DNA of 63,373 nucleotides, the filler included, from Chiloscyllium plagiosum (lineage: Eukaryota): assembly GCF_004010195.1 (NCBI RefSeq). It is 4 parts of one record of this genome, joined end to end, with 100 filler letters (N's around TTAATTAATTAA, not from the genome) between each part and the next. Parts side by side here need not be neighbours in the genome. Positions count along the whole stretch, not along the records: positions 1 to 11,066 come from NC_057715.1; 3 more parts are not named here. One strand, given 5' to 3'. The notes below the pieces were generated by a model that did no database searches, had not been told where the DNA came from, and was given only the letters and a program-made list of their open reading frames with translations. Shown here piece by piece: positions 1-11,166 of this stretch. The first letter of the stretch is position 1; every line of letters begins with the position of its first letter. The translations under genes were made by a program, and so were the position numbers.

Positions 1-120
1 GCCGGAGAAAACACCACAGAAGCGCTTCACAGGAGGCTCCCAAGCACTGAGGATGTCACCTAGACAGGGGACGAAACGTTTGCAACAAAAACTTCCAGCT
101 CGGCGAACAGAACCACAACA
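1..120 (+). mobile_element. 3' terminus of Penelope-like element (Poseidon-type, family B)
   Basis: Near-identical to the sequence following the GIY-YIG ORF at 23535-23640; also present at 22571-22690, 22870-22990 and 63085-63200 (minus). Confidence 0.8.
44..83 (+). ncRNA. Minimal type-I hammerhead ribozyme motif (family B)
   Basis: GCA-CTGAGGA-T-GTCACCT-AGAC-AGGGGAC-GAAA-CG-TT-TGC. Stem I GCA/TGC, full core, stem II, palindromic AAACGTTT stem III; predicted cleavage after nt 80. Confidence 0.75.
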
Positions 121-134
121 GCAGAGTGCTTTAG

Positions 135-368
135 GGAACATCTCCGGGACACGCACCAATCAACCACACTGCCCTGTGGCCCAAAATTTCAACTCCCCCT
201 CCCACTCTGCCGAGGACATGGAGGTTCTGAGTCTCCTTCACCGCCGCTCCCTCACCACCAGACGCCTAGAGGAAGAACGCCTCATCTTCCGCCTCGGAAT
301 ACTTCAACCCCAGGGCATCAATGTGGACTTCAACAGTTTCCTCATTTCCCCTTCCCCCACCTCACCCT
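135..368 (+). mobile_element. Penelope-like element (Neptune-type) ORF C-terminal fragment
   Basis: PVAQNFNSPSHS...RRLEEERLIFRLGILQPQGINVDF; near-identical to 59040-59275. Confidence 0.8.
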
Positions 369-375
369 GATCATA

Positions 376-576
376 GGCCTTCAGTTTTAAAAAACAACCC
401 TTCACCACCACCCTCTGTCTTTTACCTTTGAGCCAGTTCTATATTCAAATGGCTAGTTCTCTCTGTATTCCATGAGAGCTAACCTTGCTAACCAGTCTCC
501 CATGGGGAACCTTGTCAAGCACCTTACTGAAGCCCATATAGATCACGTCCACCGCTCTGCCCTCATCAATCCTCCT
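376..576 (-). mobile_element. CR1 LINE RT fragment
   Basis: Reverse complement matches the CR1 ORF2 region at ~6765-6945. Confidence 0.8.
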
Positions 577-2400
577 TGTCGTTCTGTATGCTACACTTAT
601 TCAGAGGTAAACACTGCTTGTAGCAAGGGCCGATAAGGCGTGAAAATGCAGTAATGGGTTTTATTAGAAAGGGTAGTTTTAAATTTTGATAGTTAAATAT
701 AACCGTTAGTTTATGAATGAATTAATAAAACCATTTTATAGTCAATAACGGGTTAGTAAAGGGTTATGAATGAATGAACGGAAACCCAGTATTAATGAAT
801 ACAGGGAGCTGGTGAGTGAGTTAATAAAGATAACCTGAAACTCAGTATCACACAGTTCCCTCCTTTTGATTTTACTGAGACCTAATGAAAAGCATCACAC
901 AATTCTTATCCTAGCTTACATATTTTTAACAGTTTGGCAACTACACTTTACAAAAAGAAAGCCTGCTCAATTAGAATAACAATAACAAACATTATGGTGG
1001 ACAAAGTTAAAAATCACACAACACCAAGTTATAGTCCAACAGGATTATTTGGAAGTACTAGCTTTTGGAGCACTGCTTCTTCATCAGCTACATTCATTGG
1101 GTCCCATCGAGATACCTGTTGACCTTTGGACTATAACTTGGTGTTGTGTGATTTTTAACTTTGTCCACCTCAGTCCAACACCTGCTCCTCCACATCATGG
1201 CCAACATCATAGTGGTCAGTCAGTCTCTGGTCCCACTGTATTGTGAGATGCCTGTGTTGATGTGGGAGACATGAATCCAGGCCTCCATTCCTTGGATTTT
1301 TGACAGTGCTTGTATGGTCCTATCTATTTGACACCTAAGGGTTCCTTGTGGATCTTTTTCACAAGAACCCTCTGGCCTGTTATGCTGTCATGACCTCTCT
1401 CTGGCAGGTCTTTCCAGGCAGCCAATATCTGTGAGGAAGCAGAACTTACAGTATTGGTTAGTACCTAACAGCAAGATGTTAGGGTGTCACCCATAAGATG
1501 ACAGTCGGCAACATAGCGGGAGTCTGTATAAAAGTTGGCAAACTGATCCTCTGCTGTTCTGCAGGCTTCAGTCAGAGCCTGTAATTCTGCTGGTCATGCT
1601 GATGCTCTGGGTGATAGTCTTCCCGATACCCTGATAGTGCAGCATGACGTGATAGCCCATCCGGCTTTCTTGTGATCTGTAGTTAATATCCATTTCCCAC
1701 GTGCCTTTGCGCTGTTAGAGGTACAGTGGGTTTTTATTAAAGTCCCTTTAAGCGTCTCATTCCATTTTCAGTAACTTGCAGTCATCCTTATCTTTAGTCC
1801 AGATGGAATGGTCTTTTAGATTTTCCCTTTGCAGGGTTCTGATAGACCATGTTACCTGTCCATCATCAAAATGTAACTGGAAATTCAGCTGGGGGTGAGG
1901 ATATCCATCCCGATGAGCGGCTGGTCTAGAGGTCCTACCCATATACAGATTACTAACCCGTGGGAGCCAAATTCAAGGTGTATGGGTTTAGTCCTTTTCA
2001 TTTCAATCCTGTCAGCACCTGCTCCATCAGCTGTCCTCACTGTCCTGTCTAGCGGGAGTTTGGTCTCATACCTCTGGGGTAGGCATGTCCATTCTACTCC
2101 TATGTCCAAAGGCACTCAATGTCCGGGTCGCCTTCCCTCATGTTCACATACGGTCTATCTCCTCTCAGCCAGTAGGAACATGGACGGGTTCGGGGCAGGC
2201 TCTTTCAGTTTTTTTGTTAACCTCACCAGCTCCTGCTGCTGCTGGATGGTTAGTTTTTTAAACTGTTCTAGGAGATTGGTGTTACTCCCAACTGCCAGTC
2301 CTGCCCATCCCTGACCCATGTTTCTGTAATTGCTATGATATCCTAGTCCCATGTTCCTAACCATGCTCTGAGGTCATCTGCCTTCCCTGTTAGGCCTCTT
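577..2400 (-). mobile_element. Internally deleted endogenous retrovirus (gag end, protease, RNase H, integrase C-term, PPT, 3' LTR)
   Basis: Protease-like RPYVNMREGDPDIECL/LDIG...PLIGMDIL (~1885-2156, frameshifted). Retroviral RNase H KAGWAI...SA*PAELQALTEAC...NFYTDSRYVA (~1505-1672). Integrase GPY-like GQRVLVKK..PLGVK*IGPY (~1310-1380). PPT AAAAGGAGGGAAC (855-867) abuts a TG-starting LTR (854 to ~577) with AATAAA at ~660. Confidence 0.75.
993..1200. mobile_element. Head-to-head inverted pair of PLE family C termini inserted in the ERV
   Basis: 993-1090 is the reverse complement of 9715-9810, with a degenerate hammerhead; 1113-1200 is the same family on +. Confidence 0.7.
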
Positions 2401-2449
2401 GCATTGAAATAAATGCAGTTTTATTTATCAGTCCTACGTTGTTCTCTGC

Positions 2450-3830
2450 TTTGTCCCTGCCTGCCCTGACTGTTTAACTCACGTCTGTTCTCAACTGTAC
2501 CAGTCTCAGATTGATCTCTTTCCTCACTATCTCCCTGGGTCCGACACCCCCATCTTATTAGTTTAAATCCTCCCGAGCAGCTCTTGCAAATCTCCCTGCC
2601 AGTATATTAGTCCCCTTCCAATTTAGGTGCAATCCGTCCTTCTTGTACAGGTCACTTCTACCCCAGAAGAGATTCCAATGATTGAAAAATATGAATCCTT
2701 CTTCTTTACACCAGCTCCTCAGCCATACATTCATCTGCTCTATCCTCCTATTCCCACCCTCACTAGCTCGTAGATTCATGAATAATCTAGATACTTACTA
2801 CTCTCCAGGATCTCCTTTTTCAATTCCTGCCTAACTCTCTATATTCTCCCTTCAGAATCTCATTCTTTTCCCTTCCTATATCATTGGTTCCAATGTGTAC
2901 AATGACGTCTTGCTGGTCCCTCTCCCCCTTGAGAACCTTCTGCACCCCCTCTGAGACATCTTTGATCCTGGCACCAGTGAGGCAACACACCATTCTGATT
3001 TTTCACAGAAAGGTCTGTCTGTGTCTCGGACTAAAGAGTCCCCTATCACAACTGATCGCTTGGACCCCAACGTATGCCTCATCACATTACAGCCAGTCTC
3101 GATACCAGAAACTTGGCTATTTGTGCTACATTCCCCTGAGAATCTATCATCCCCTCCACTTTCCAAAACAGCATACCTGTTTGAAATGTGGATAGCCATA
3201 GAAGACTCCTGCACTACCCGCCTACCTCTCTTCCCTTTCCTGGAGTTAACCCTTCTATGTGACTATACCTGCGGCTTTACTTCCTTTCTATAACTGCTAT
3301 CACACTCCCTAACCCTTGTAAATTCCTCATTGCCTCTGTTTCTCCAACCAATCCATTCTATATGATAGAATTCATAACCAATGGCATTTATTGCAGATAT
3401 AATCCTCAATAACATGTAAACTCTCCCTAAACTCCCACATCCAACAAGAAGGCATATTACTCTACTAAAGGCTATTTTTGCTTCTTTCAATCTGCAGACC
3501 CAAAAAATTGCACCATCTTATTCCTCTACAAAACACTGCTCCAGGCTAACTTAATACTTATGGCTTATATTTTTAAGTTTAATCAAGAGACATATCTCAA
3601 TACACCATATAATCAAGAAAGAACCCACTCAACTCACTATTGTAGCTTTACAGCAAGGCCACACTTAAAATTATTCACTTATCTGTTTCTGTGCTGTGAC
3701 CTTTCCCGAACAAGTTTCTCCAGGATCAATTGTGAATTTTACTGTTTGTTAATTTTCCCAGACCCCTTCAATTTCCAGCGATACATGAATTCAACAGCAA
3801 AGGCAGTAACTGTGTAGGTTCACTGCTGTG
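2450..3830 (-). mobile_element. CR1 LINE 5' region with decayed ORF1 (zinc finger + SGNH/GDSL esterase)
   Basis: VIGDSLVR motif and NVWLRSWC...DLYKKDGLHLNWKGTNILAGRF, typical of CR1 ORF1 esterase; frameshifted. Confidence 0.85.
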
Positions 3831-3991
3831 TCAGTTAGCAGTGTGGGTTTCTTTCTCTCTCTCTCCTGCACTGACCTCCCATGTGCTGCCTTTGTCTGTT
3901 CCTCTCCCTTTTAAAAGTGCTGACGTTTTGACATGTTTTTCTCCAAAGGTCCAAAACAATGCACTAGCATATAAAACAGTAATTGCTCCCG

Positions 3992-4130
3992 CAGTGCTGA
4001 CCCTTTGACAATGCCCGCTCCCTCTGCACTGACCCTTCGACAGTGCGATGCTCCATCTGTACTGACCCTCCAACTGTGTCTGCTCCCTCCGCGCTGATGC
4101 TCTGACAGTGTAGCACACCCTCAGCGCTGA
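3992..4130. repeat. Degenerate ~33-bp tandem minisatellite (about 4 units)
   Basis: Units resemble CAGTACTGACCCTCCGACAGTGCAGCACTCCCT. Confidence 0.7.
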
Positions 4131-4131
4131 T

Positions 4132-4266
4132 CTTAAGTGGTCATTGGATAGACATATGGATGAGAATGGAATATGTCGGTTAGATGAGCTTCGGATTGGT
4201 TTAATAGGGCGACACAACATTGAGGGCCAAAGGGCCTGTTTTACACTGTAATGTTCTATGTTCTAT
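4132..4266 (+). mobile_element. CR1 LINE 3' tail
   Basis: TTGGATAGACATATGGATG...GGCCAAAGGGCCTGT...(TGTTCTA)n end. Confidence 0.65.
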
Positions 4267-4369
4267 ACATTATCTGTGTTTTATAGAGCTCTAGTGTCTC
4301 TGCTGAATCTTCAATAATGTACGTACTGTTGTCTCTTAGAGACTGGCAACAATGTGCATCAAGTTCATT

Positions 4370-5469
4370 TGTCAAACATGGGGACCACAATAGAAAAACT
4401 GTGTGCATCTTTTGCAATACACAGACTCCCAGAAAAGTTGGTCACAGGCAGTGGCTATCAGTTATCAGAAGGCAATTTGAGTATTTCCTCAAGTTGAATG
4501 ACATTCAGCATATAAGGATGGCTCCCTACCATCCATCACCCAACGGTCTGACGGAAAGAGCAGGCCAAGCTTTGAGGGTAAGCTTAAAGAAATAGCCTAC
4601 AGTTTCACCTGCTACCAAACTGTCTATTTCATTATTGACTACCCCTCATGTAACTACAGGGATAGCTCCAGCAGTGTTACTGATAAGGAGAAGTCTCCAT
4701 ACCAAGTTAAATCTCATCTTCCCCCAAAGTGTGTGGGTGAAACAGCATAGGAAACGCTATTGCTGGATTCCTCTACACGAGACAGACAGTTTACTTCAGA
4801 CAAGGTTTGGTGCAGAAAACACGGAAATGGCCTTGGATCAGTAAGAAATTGAGGTCGACACAAGGTCAGATCCCTTGATGTACAAAGGTCGGGTGAGTGA
4901 TGCGGTCATGGACCACATGAAAGGTGCAAAATATACCCGGCCCCTCAGAATAGCTGGAAAGGCTGTCAGCACTCATGGGTTCATCCCTCAGTCTCGCATC
5001 GAAGAAGTCTGAGATGAGCCTGGAGAATGTTACAGCCTCAACGACTTTACTGCCTGAAGAAGAGGATCCATTTAATCTGAGACCCTTTGGGTGCAAGAGG
5101 CGGGCTATGGTCCAGCACACTCTGTCAGTATCTGAGGCTGAAAAGGAGGAACTGAACCCACTGCAAAACCACCCCAGGAGAGGCTACAAGGAAAGGTACC
5201 GGCCTACGTCCCCAGACTCAGAGTGGGGAGGGACGTAGTGATTGTAACAAGGTCAGCCAGCTAGACCTCATAGAATATAAGTTCCCTGATTGAGGCTGTT
5301 AATCTGGTTCAAGCAGGGAGCCCTGGCTGACAGATAAGAACAAACGTGTCAGAGGTTCTGTTCACTCTGACAGCTGGTTCTGAGGAAGCCGGAGTAGTGT
5401 CAAGTATTAAGCAGATGGAAATAAGGAGTGATTTGGTGATCTGATACCTGCCTCTGTGGAGTTACTTCA
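4370..5469 (+). mobile_element. Ty3/Gypsy remnant: integrase, PPT, 3' LTR
   Basis: FEYFLKLNDIQHIRMAPYHPSPNGLTERA integrase motif; purine tract GAGTGGGGAGGGA (5221-5233) followed by LTR-like sequence ending in CA at 5469. Confidence 0.75.
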
Positions 5470-5641
5470 GAAGTCTTAGTGAAATAATTACTTTCCATAA
5501 AGCAGTTTTTCAACCAGCTATGCCCAAAACTGTAAAAAAATGCTTTGACCACGCTATAGATTAAATCTGGTGATTTTTTTTTAAACTTTACACATATTGC
5601 AGTTCTTTTTAACTGTCATGTTATATTTAATTCTGTATATT

Positions 5642-7603
5642 GTCTTGCACGGTGCAAAACTTGATCTCCTGTTTGGAAATAAGGCAGGGCAGGTGACTGA
5701 GATGTCAGTGGCGGAGCACTTTGAGAAGAATGAAGATAATTCTATTAGTTTTAAAATAGTGATGGAAAAAGATAGACAGCATCTAAAAGTTAAAGTTCTA
5801 ATTGGACCAAGGCCAATTTTGACGGTATTAAGCATGAACTTTCAAAAGTTGATTGGGAGCAGATGTTCACAGGTAAAGGGACGGCTGGAAAATGAGAAGT
5901 CTTCAATGAGATAACAAGAGTCTAGAGACAGTATATTCCTGTTAGGGTGAAAGGAAAAGCTGGTAGGTATAGGGAATGCTGGATGACTAAAGAAACTGAA
6001 ATTTTAGTTCAGAAAAAGAAGGAAGCATATGTCAAGTATACTCAGCAGAGATCAAGTGAATCCTTCGAAGGGTATAAAGACAGTAGGAGTATACTTTAGA
6101 GGGAAATCAGGGGGGCACAAAGGGGACATGAGATAGCTTTGGCAAATAGAGTTAAGGAGAAGCCAAACAATTTTTACAAATACATTAAAGACAGGAGGGT
6201 AATTAGGGAGAGAATAGGGCCCTTCAAAGATCAGCAAGGCACCTTTCTGTGGAACTGCAGGAGATGGGGGACATACCAAATGAGTATTTTGCATCAGTGT
6301 TTACTGTGGAGAAGGATATAGAATGTAGAGAAATAGATGGTAACATCTTGAAAAATGTCCATATTACAGAGGAGGAAGTGCTGGATGTTTTGAAATGCAT
6401 AACAGTGGATAAATCCCCAGAATCTGATCGGGTGTACCCTAGACCTCTGTGGGAAGCTAGGGAAGTGATTGCTGGGCCCCTTGCTGAAATATTTGTATCA
6501 TCGATAGTCACAGGTGAGGTGCTGGAAGATTGGAGGTTGGCGAATGTGGTGCCACTGTTTGAGAAAGGTAGTAGGGACAAGCCAGGGAACTATAGACCAG
6601 TGAACCTGACATCGGTGGTGGGCAAGATGTTGGAGGGAATCCTGAGGGACAGGATGTACATGCATTTGGAAATGCAATGACTGATTAGAGATAGTCAACA
6701 TGGCTTTGTGCATGGGAAATCATGTCTCACAAACTTGATTGACTTTCTTGAAGAAGTAGCGAAGAGGATTGGTGAGGGCAGAGCAGTAGACGCAATCTAT
6801 ATGGACTTCAATAAGGTGTTTGACTAGGTTCCCCATGGGAGACTGGTTAGCAAGGTTAGATCTCATGGAATAAAGGGAGAACTAGCCATTTGGATATAGA
6901 ACTGGCTCAAAGGTAGAAGACAGCAGGTGGTGGTGGAGGGTTTTTTTTAGACTGGAGGCCTGTGACCAGTGGAGTGCCACAAGGATCGGTGCTGGGTCCA
7001 CTACTTTTCATCATTTACATAAATGATTTGGATGTGAGCATAAGAACTGTTGGAATATTGCGTGCAATTCTGGTCTCCTTCCAATTGGAAGGATGTTGTG
7101 AAACTTGAAAGGGTTCAGATATGATTAACAAGGATGTTGCCAGGATTGGAGGATTTGAGCTATAGGGAGAGATCGAATAGGCTGAGATTTCTTTCCCTGG
7201 AGCTTTGGAGGCTGAGGGGTGACCTTTTAGAGGTTCATACAATCATGACGGGCATGGATAGGATAAATAGACAAGATATTTTCCCTGAGGTGGGGCAATC
7301 CAGAACTAGAGGGTATAGGTCTAGGGTGAGAGGAGAATGATTTAAAAGAGAGCTACGGGGCAACTTTTTCACGCAGAAGGTGGTGTGTTTGTGTGTGGAA
7401 TGAGCTGCCAGAGGAAGTGGTGGAGGCTAATACAATTTCAACATTTAAAAGGCATCTGGATGGGTATATGAATAGGAAATGTTTGGAGGGATATGGGCTT
7501 GGTGCTGGCAGGCGGGACAAGATTGGGTTGGGATGTTTGGTCAGCATAGACAAGTTGGACCGAAGGGTCTGTTTCCGTGCTGTACATCTTGATGACTCTA
7601 TGA
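5642..7603 (+). mobile_element. CR1 LINE ORF2 (5'-truncated, internal deletion at ~7047)
   Basis: DWRLANVVPLFEKG...[23 protein letters not shown] and MWNELPEEVV motifs; (ATGACTCT)n tail. Confidence 0.92.
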
Positions 7604-8870
7604 CTTTAAATGCCCGTAAAGTTGGCAAGTTGACTACTGTTGCAGGCAGTGCATTCCACACCCCGACTGCTCTCTATGAAGAGAAACTAACTCTGACATC
7701 TGTCCTATATCTATCACCTCTCAATTTGAAGCTATGCCCCCTCGTGCTAGCCATCACCATCCTGGGAAAACCTCTCTCACTGTCCACCTGATCTAATCCT
7801 CTGATTATCTTATATTTCTCAATTAAGTCACCTCTCAACTTCTTTCTCTCTAATGAAAACAGCCCCAAGTTCCTCAACCTTTCCTTGTGTAACTTTTCCT
7901 CCATGCCAGGCAATATCCCAGTAAATCTCCTCTGAATCCTTTCCAACGCTTCCACATCCTTCCAATAATGTGGTGACCAGAACTGCACACAATACTCCAA
8001 GTGCAGCCACACTAGAGTTTTGTACAGCTGCAGCATGACCTCATGGTTCTGAAACTCGATCCCTCTTTCAATAAAAACTAACACACAGTATGCCTTCTTA
8101 ACAGCCTTATCAACCTGGGTGGCAACTTTCAGGGACCTATGTACATGGATCTCTCTGTTCATCTACACCACCAAGAATTTTGCCATTAGCCCAGTACTCT
8201 CTATTCCTGTTGCTCCTTCCAAAGCGAATCACATTACACTTTTCTGCAATAAACTCCATTTGCCACCTCTCAGCCCAGCTCTGCAGCTTATATATGTCCG
8301 TCTATAATCTACAATATCTTTTGGCACTATCCACAACTGCACCGACCTTAGTGTCATCCGCAAATACACTAACCCATCCTTTTACGCCCTCATCTAGGTC
8401 ATTTATAAAAATGACAAACAGCAGTGGACTCAAAACAGATCCTTGCAGTACACCACTGGTAACTGAACTCCAGGATGAACATTTCCCATCAACCACCACC
8501 CTCTGTTTTCTTTCAGCTAGCCAATTTCTGATCCAAACTGTTAAATCGTCCTCAATCCCATGCCTCTGTATTTTGTGCAGTGGTCTACCATGGGAACCTT
8601 ATCAAACGCCTTACTGAAATCCATATAAACCACATCAACAGCTTTACCCTCATCCACCTGTCTGGCCACCATCTCAAAGAACTCAGGTTTGTCAGGCATG
8701 ACCCACCCTTCAGAAAACTGTGCTGACTATCCATCATCAACTTATTCCTATTGAGATGATTATAAATCCTATCTCTTATAACCCTTTCCAACAGTATACC
8801 CACAACCGACGTAAGGCTCACTTGTCTATAATCTCTACTTCCCTTCTTGAACAAAGGAACAACATTTGCT
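7604..8870 (-). mobile_element. CR1 LINE ORF2 fragment, tail-to-tail with previous copy
   Basis: GVLQGSVLSPLLFVIFINDLD...FADDTK and [10 protein letters not shown] motifs. Confidence 0.92.
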
Positions 8871-9292
8871 ATTACATTTTAGTTTACTCAAAAGATGCAT
8901 AAATCCATGTAAAACTCTGTAAATTCCACTTTAGAAATAGTATCAGTCTGACCTAACATTTGGACACAGACAGACTTTAACTTCACACCTTCGATGCATT
9001 ATCTGAGCTGAGATGGCACCTATTGTTAAAAGCTATCTTGAGAATGCAACTTTAAAAAAGTTCTGGGATTTCACATGAAAGAACTAAAACTAACATGCTC
9101 ATTCTAAAAGATGAAAGACTCAAGCTAAATTTGTTTATTGTACCATTCCCTGACACTGCAATCCTGTTGCTATAAATTCTGTGTCATATGATTCCGCTCC
9201 ACAACCACCTGATGAAGGAGCGGCGCTCCGAAAGCTCGTGCCTCCAAATAAACCTGTTGGACTATAACCTGGTGTTGTATGATTTTTAACTT
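8871..9292 (+). mobile_element. PLE family C 3' region
   Basis: Ends in the hammerhead + AATAAACCTGTTGGACTATAACC block shared with 9709-9832 and 993-1200. PLE assignment is inferred from the ribozyme architecture; no ORF is visible. Confidence 0.55.
9206..9240 (+). ncRNA. Minimal hammerhead ribozyme motif (family C)
   Basis: CAC-CTGATGA-A-GGAGC-GGC-GCTCC-GAAA-GC-TC-GTG; stem I CAC/GTG, palindromic AGCT stem III. Confidence 0.75.
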
Positions 9293-9295
9293 AGC

Positions 9296-9519
9296 TGAAA
9301 AATGTGTTGCTGGAAAAGCGCAGCAGGTCAGGCAGCATCTAAGGAGCAGGAGAATCGACGTTTCGGGCATAAGCGTTTCTTCAGGAATCCTGAAGAAGGG
9401 CTTATGCCCAAAACGTCGATTCTCCTGCTCCTTAGATGCTGCCTGACCTGCTGCGCATTTCCAGCAGCACATTTTTCAGCTCTGATCTCCAGCATCTTCA
9501 GTCCTCACTTTCTCCTCGT
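9296..9519. mobile_element. Palindromic (head-to-head) pair of PLE family A termini
   Basis: ~190-bp near-perfect inverted repeat centred on TTCAGGAATCCTGAA (~9387), flanked by the direct repeat TGATTTTTAACTTAGC (9280-9295, 9520-9535). Confidence 0.8.
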
Positions 9520-9708
9520 TGATTTTTAACTTAGCCCATTGTATAACTCTTATCAGTTTCTGTTATCTTCAGCCTTATCCAATATCTCCCATTTCTGATT
9601 TATCTGAGGATCATCTCTGTTTGGTTTGCTATGCCCTCCAGGGCACCTCCAAATGGTGTTGAGCATTACCTCCTCACAGCGATGTATTGTCAATGAAGCA
9701 TTATTTCA

Positions 9709-9832
9709 CGATCACCTGATGAAGGAGCATCGCTCTGAAAGCTAGTGTGCTTCCAATTAAACCTGTTGGACTATACCCCGCTGTTGTGTGATTTTTAACT
9801 TTGTCCACCCCAGTCCAACACCGGCATCTCCA
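9709..9832 (+). mobile_element. Short hammerhead-headed PLE family C insertion with 13-bp TSD
   Basis: TSD AAGCATTATTTCA at 9696-9708 and 9833-9845. Hammerhead CAC-CTGATGA-A-GGAGC-ATC-GCTCT-GAAA-GC-TA-GTG at 9713-9747. Confidence 0.8.
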
Positions 9833-11066
9833 AAGCATTATTTCAGCTGTGTTCTCTAAAATGCCATTTAGATCATTGCACTTATCAAAACCACAGTCAT
9901 AAATGTAAATAGTTACAAAGCAGTTTCATTCCACAGCAAATACACTGTTATATGCTTTCCACATCTTGTAAGAGAAGCCTAACATCAAACAAATGAAAAA
10001 TAAATGATTGGTAAGAAATACTATGAACTAGCTATGTTTACGTTATTAAATAAGCAACCATTACACAACCTCTTCCATACGAGCTGTCTTTTCGTATCTG
10101 AGACCAAGCCCCGTTGTCATTTTAAGAAACAAAACAAGACTATTATAACAGTAAGTATAACAAATTGCAGTACAACAATCACATGGGACAAAATTCTGAT
10201 CCACAGATAGACCTGAGCACTCAGTACCTAATTTACATTTTACTTCAGAAACCTAGGGCCTGCAAGCCTCTATTTGCCTGCTCTGTGTGAGTTTTAATTT
10301 CCTTCCCATGCATGGCCCATTTATGGATAATTGCCTTTGCATTAAAAATGATCTTCACCCAGTCTGCAGTCAAGTGTGGACTGGGTGGAGGTTCTGTGGC
10401 TACAAATCAGCGTAAATCTTCATCTGCATTATTTAGGTAATAGAGTTCTGCACAGTTTCTCATTGGGTTCTGGTTTAAACAGAGTTTAGTGGCTAATAGT
10501 TAATTCAGAAGAGATATTGCTGAATGCCACAGTTTGTCTATCTAGGGTACATCATGCCCTTCATTGTTATTATCCTCAGGCTGATGTGGAACATTGTCAG
10601 TGTCTCTCACTAAGGCATACTTAAGAAATGTTTCTTTTATTCACTGGTAGGATAGATAAGGAGCAATTTTCATAGGAGGCCAATTCACACTGAGTTAGCT
10701 CTTTTGTAATTATTCCTTCCGGACATACCCAGTGGTTTACCCCTTGATAGCATCGGGACAAATCCATCCCCCTTTTGGATCCCTTTAAAACAATAGCATG
10801 GATTGGTGGGTTACTTGATGATATCAAAGTTCCTTCATGGTATTTACCCACATTATGAACTCGCATTAGGGAGTGTCCCCATGTTTGGGTATAAGAAGCA
10901 CTGCACTACTATAAAGCTGACCATTATTGCCATCACAACTGCTCAAGACCTGGTTGATGAGAGTTGAGACTTCTAAGGTGACATAGGATGTCTTCTCCCC
11001 CACCCATGCCCTCAGTTGCTTATCTGATACCCAGCTGAAAATGTGTTGCTGGAAAAGCACAGCAGG

Positions 11067-11166
11067 NNNNNNNNNNNNNNNNNNNNNNNNNNNNNNNNNN
11101 NNNNNNNNNNTTAATTAATTAANNNNNNNNNNNNNNNNNNNNNNNNNNNNNNNNNNNNNNNNNNNN
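11067..11166. other. Assembly gap with artificial TTAATTAATTAA linker
   Basis: 100-nt N block with a central six-frame-stop 12-mer; same structure at 27697 and 58940. Confidence 0.97.

Noticed and set aside
3992..4130. CRISPR-like periodicity
   Set aside because: Contiguous degenerate tandem units with no unique spacers, in vertebrate DNA.
9170..9529. Mirror-image ORFs on both strands (MCCWK.AAGQAASKEQENRRF)
   Set aside because: A by-product of the palindromic PLE termini; no coding evidence.
10560..11035. Minus-strand peptide debris that might be the gag of the ERV at 577-2400
   Set aside because: No diagnostic motif, PBS or matching LTR found by eye.
11111..11122. TTAATTAATTAA palindrome, repeated at 27741 and 58984
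   Set aside because: Centred in 100-nt N blocks; an artificial six-frame-stop scaffolding linker, not biology.
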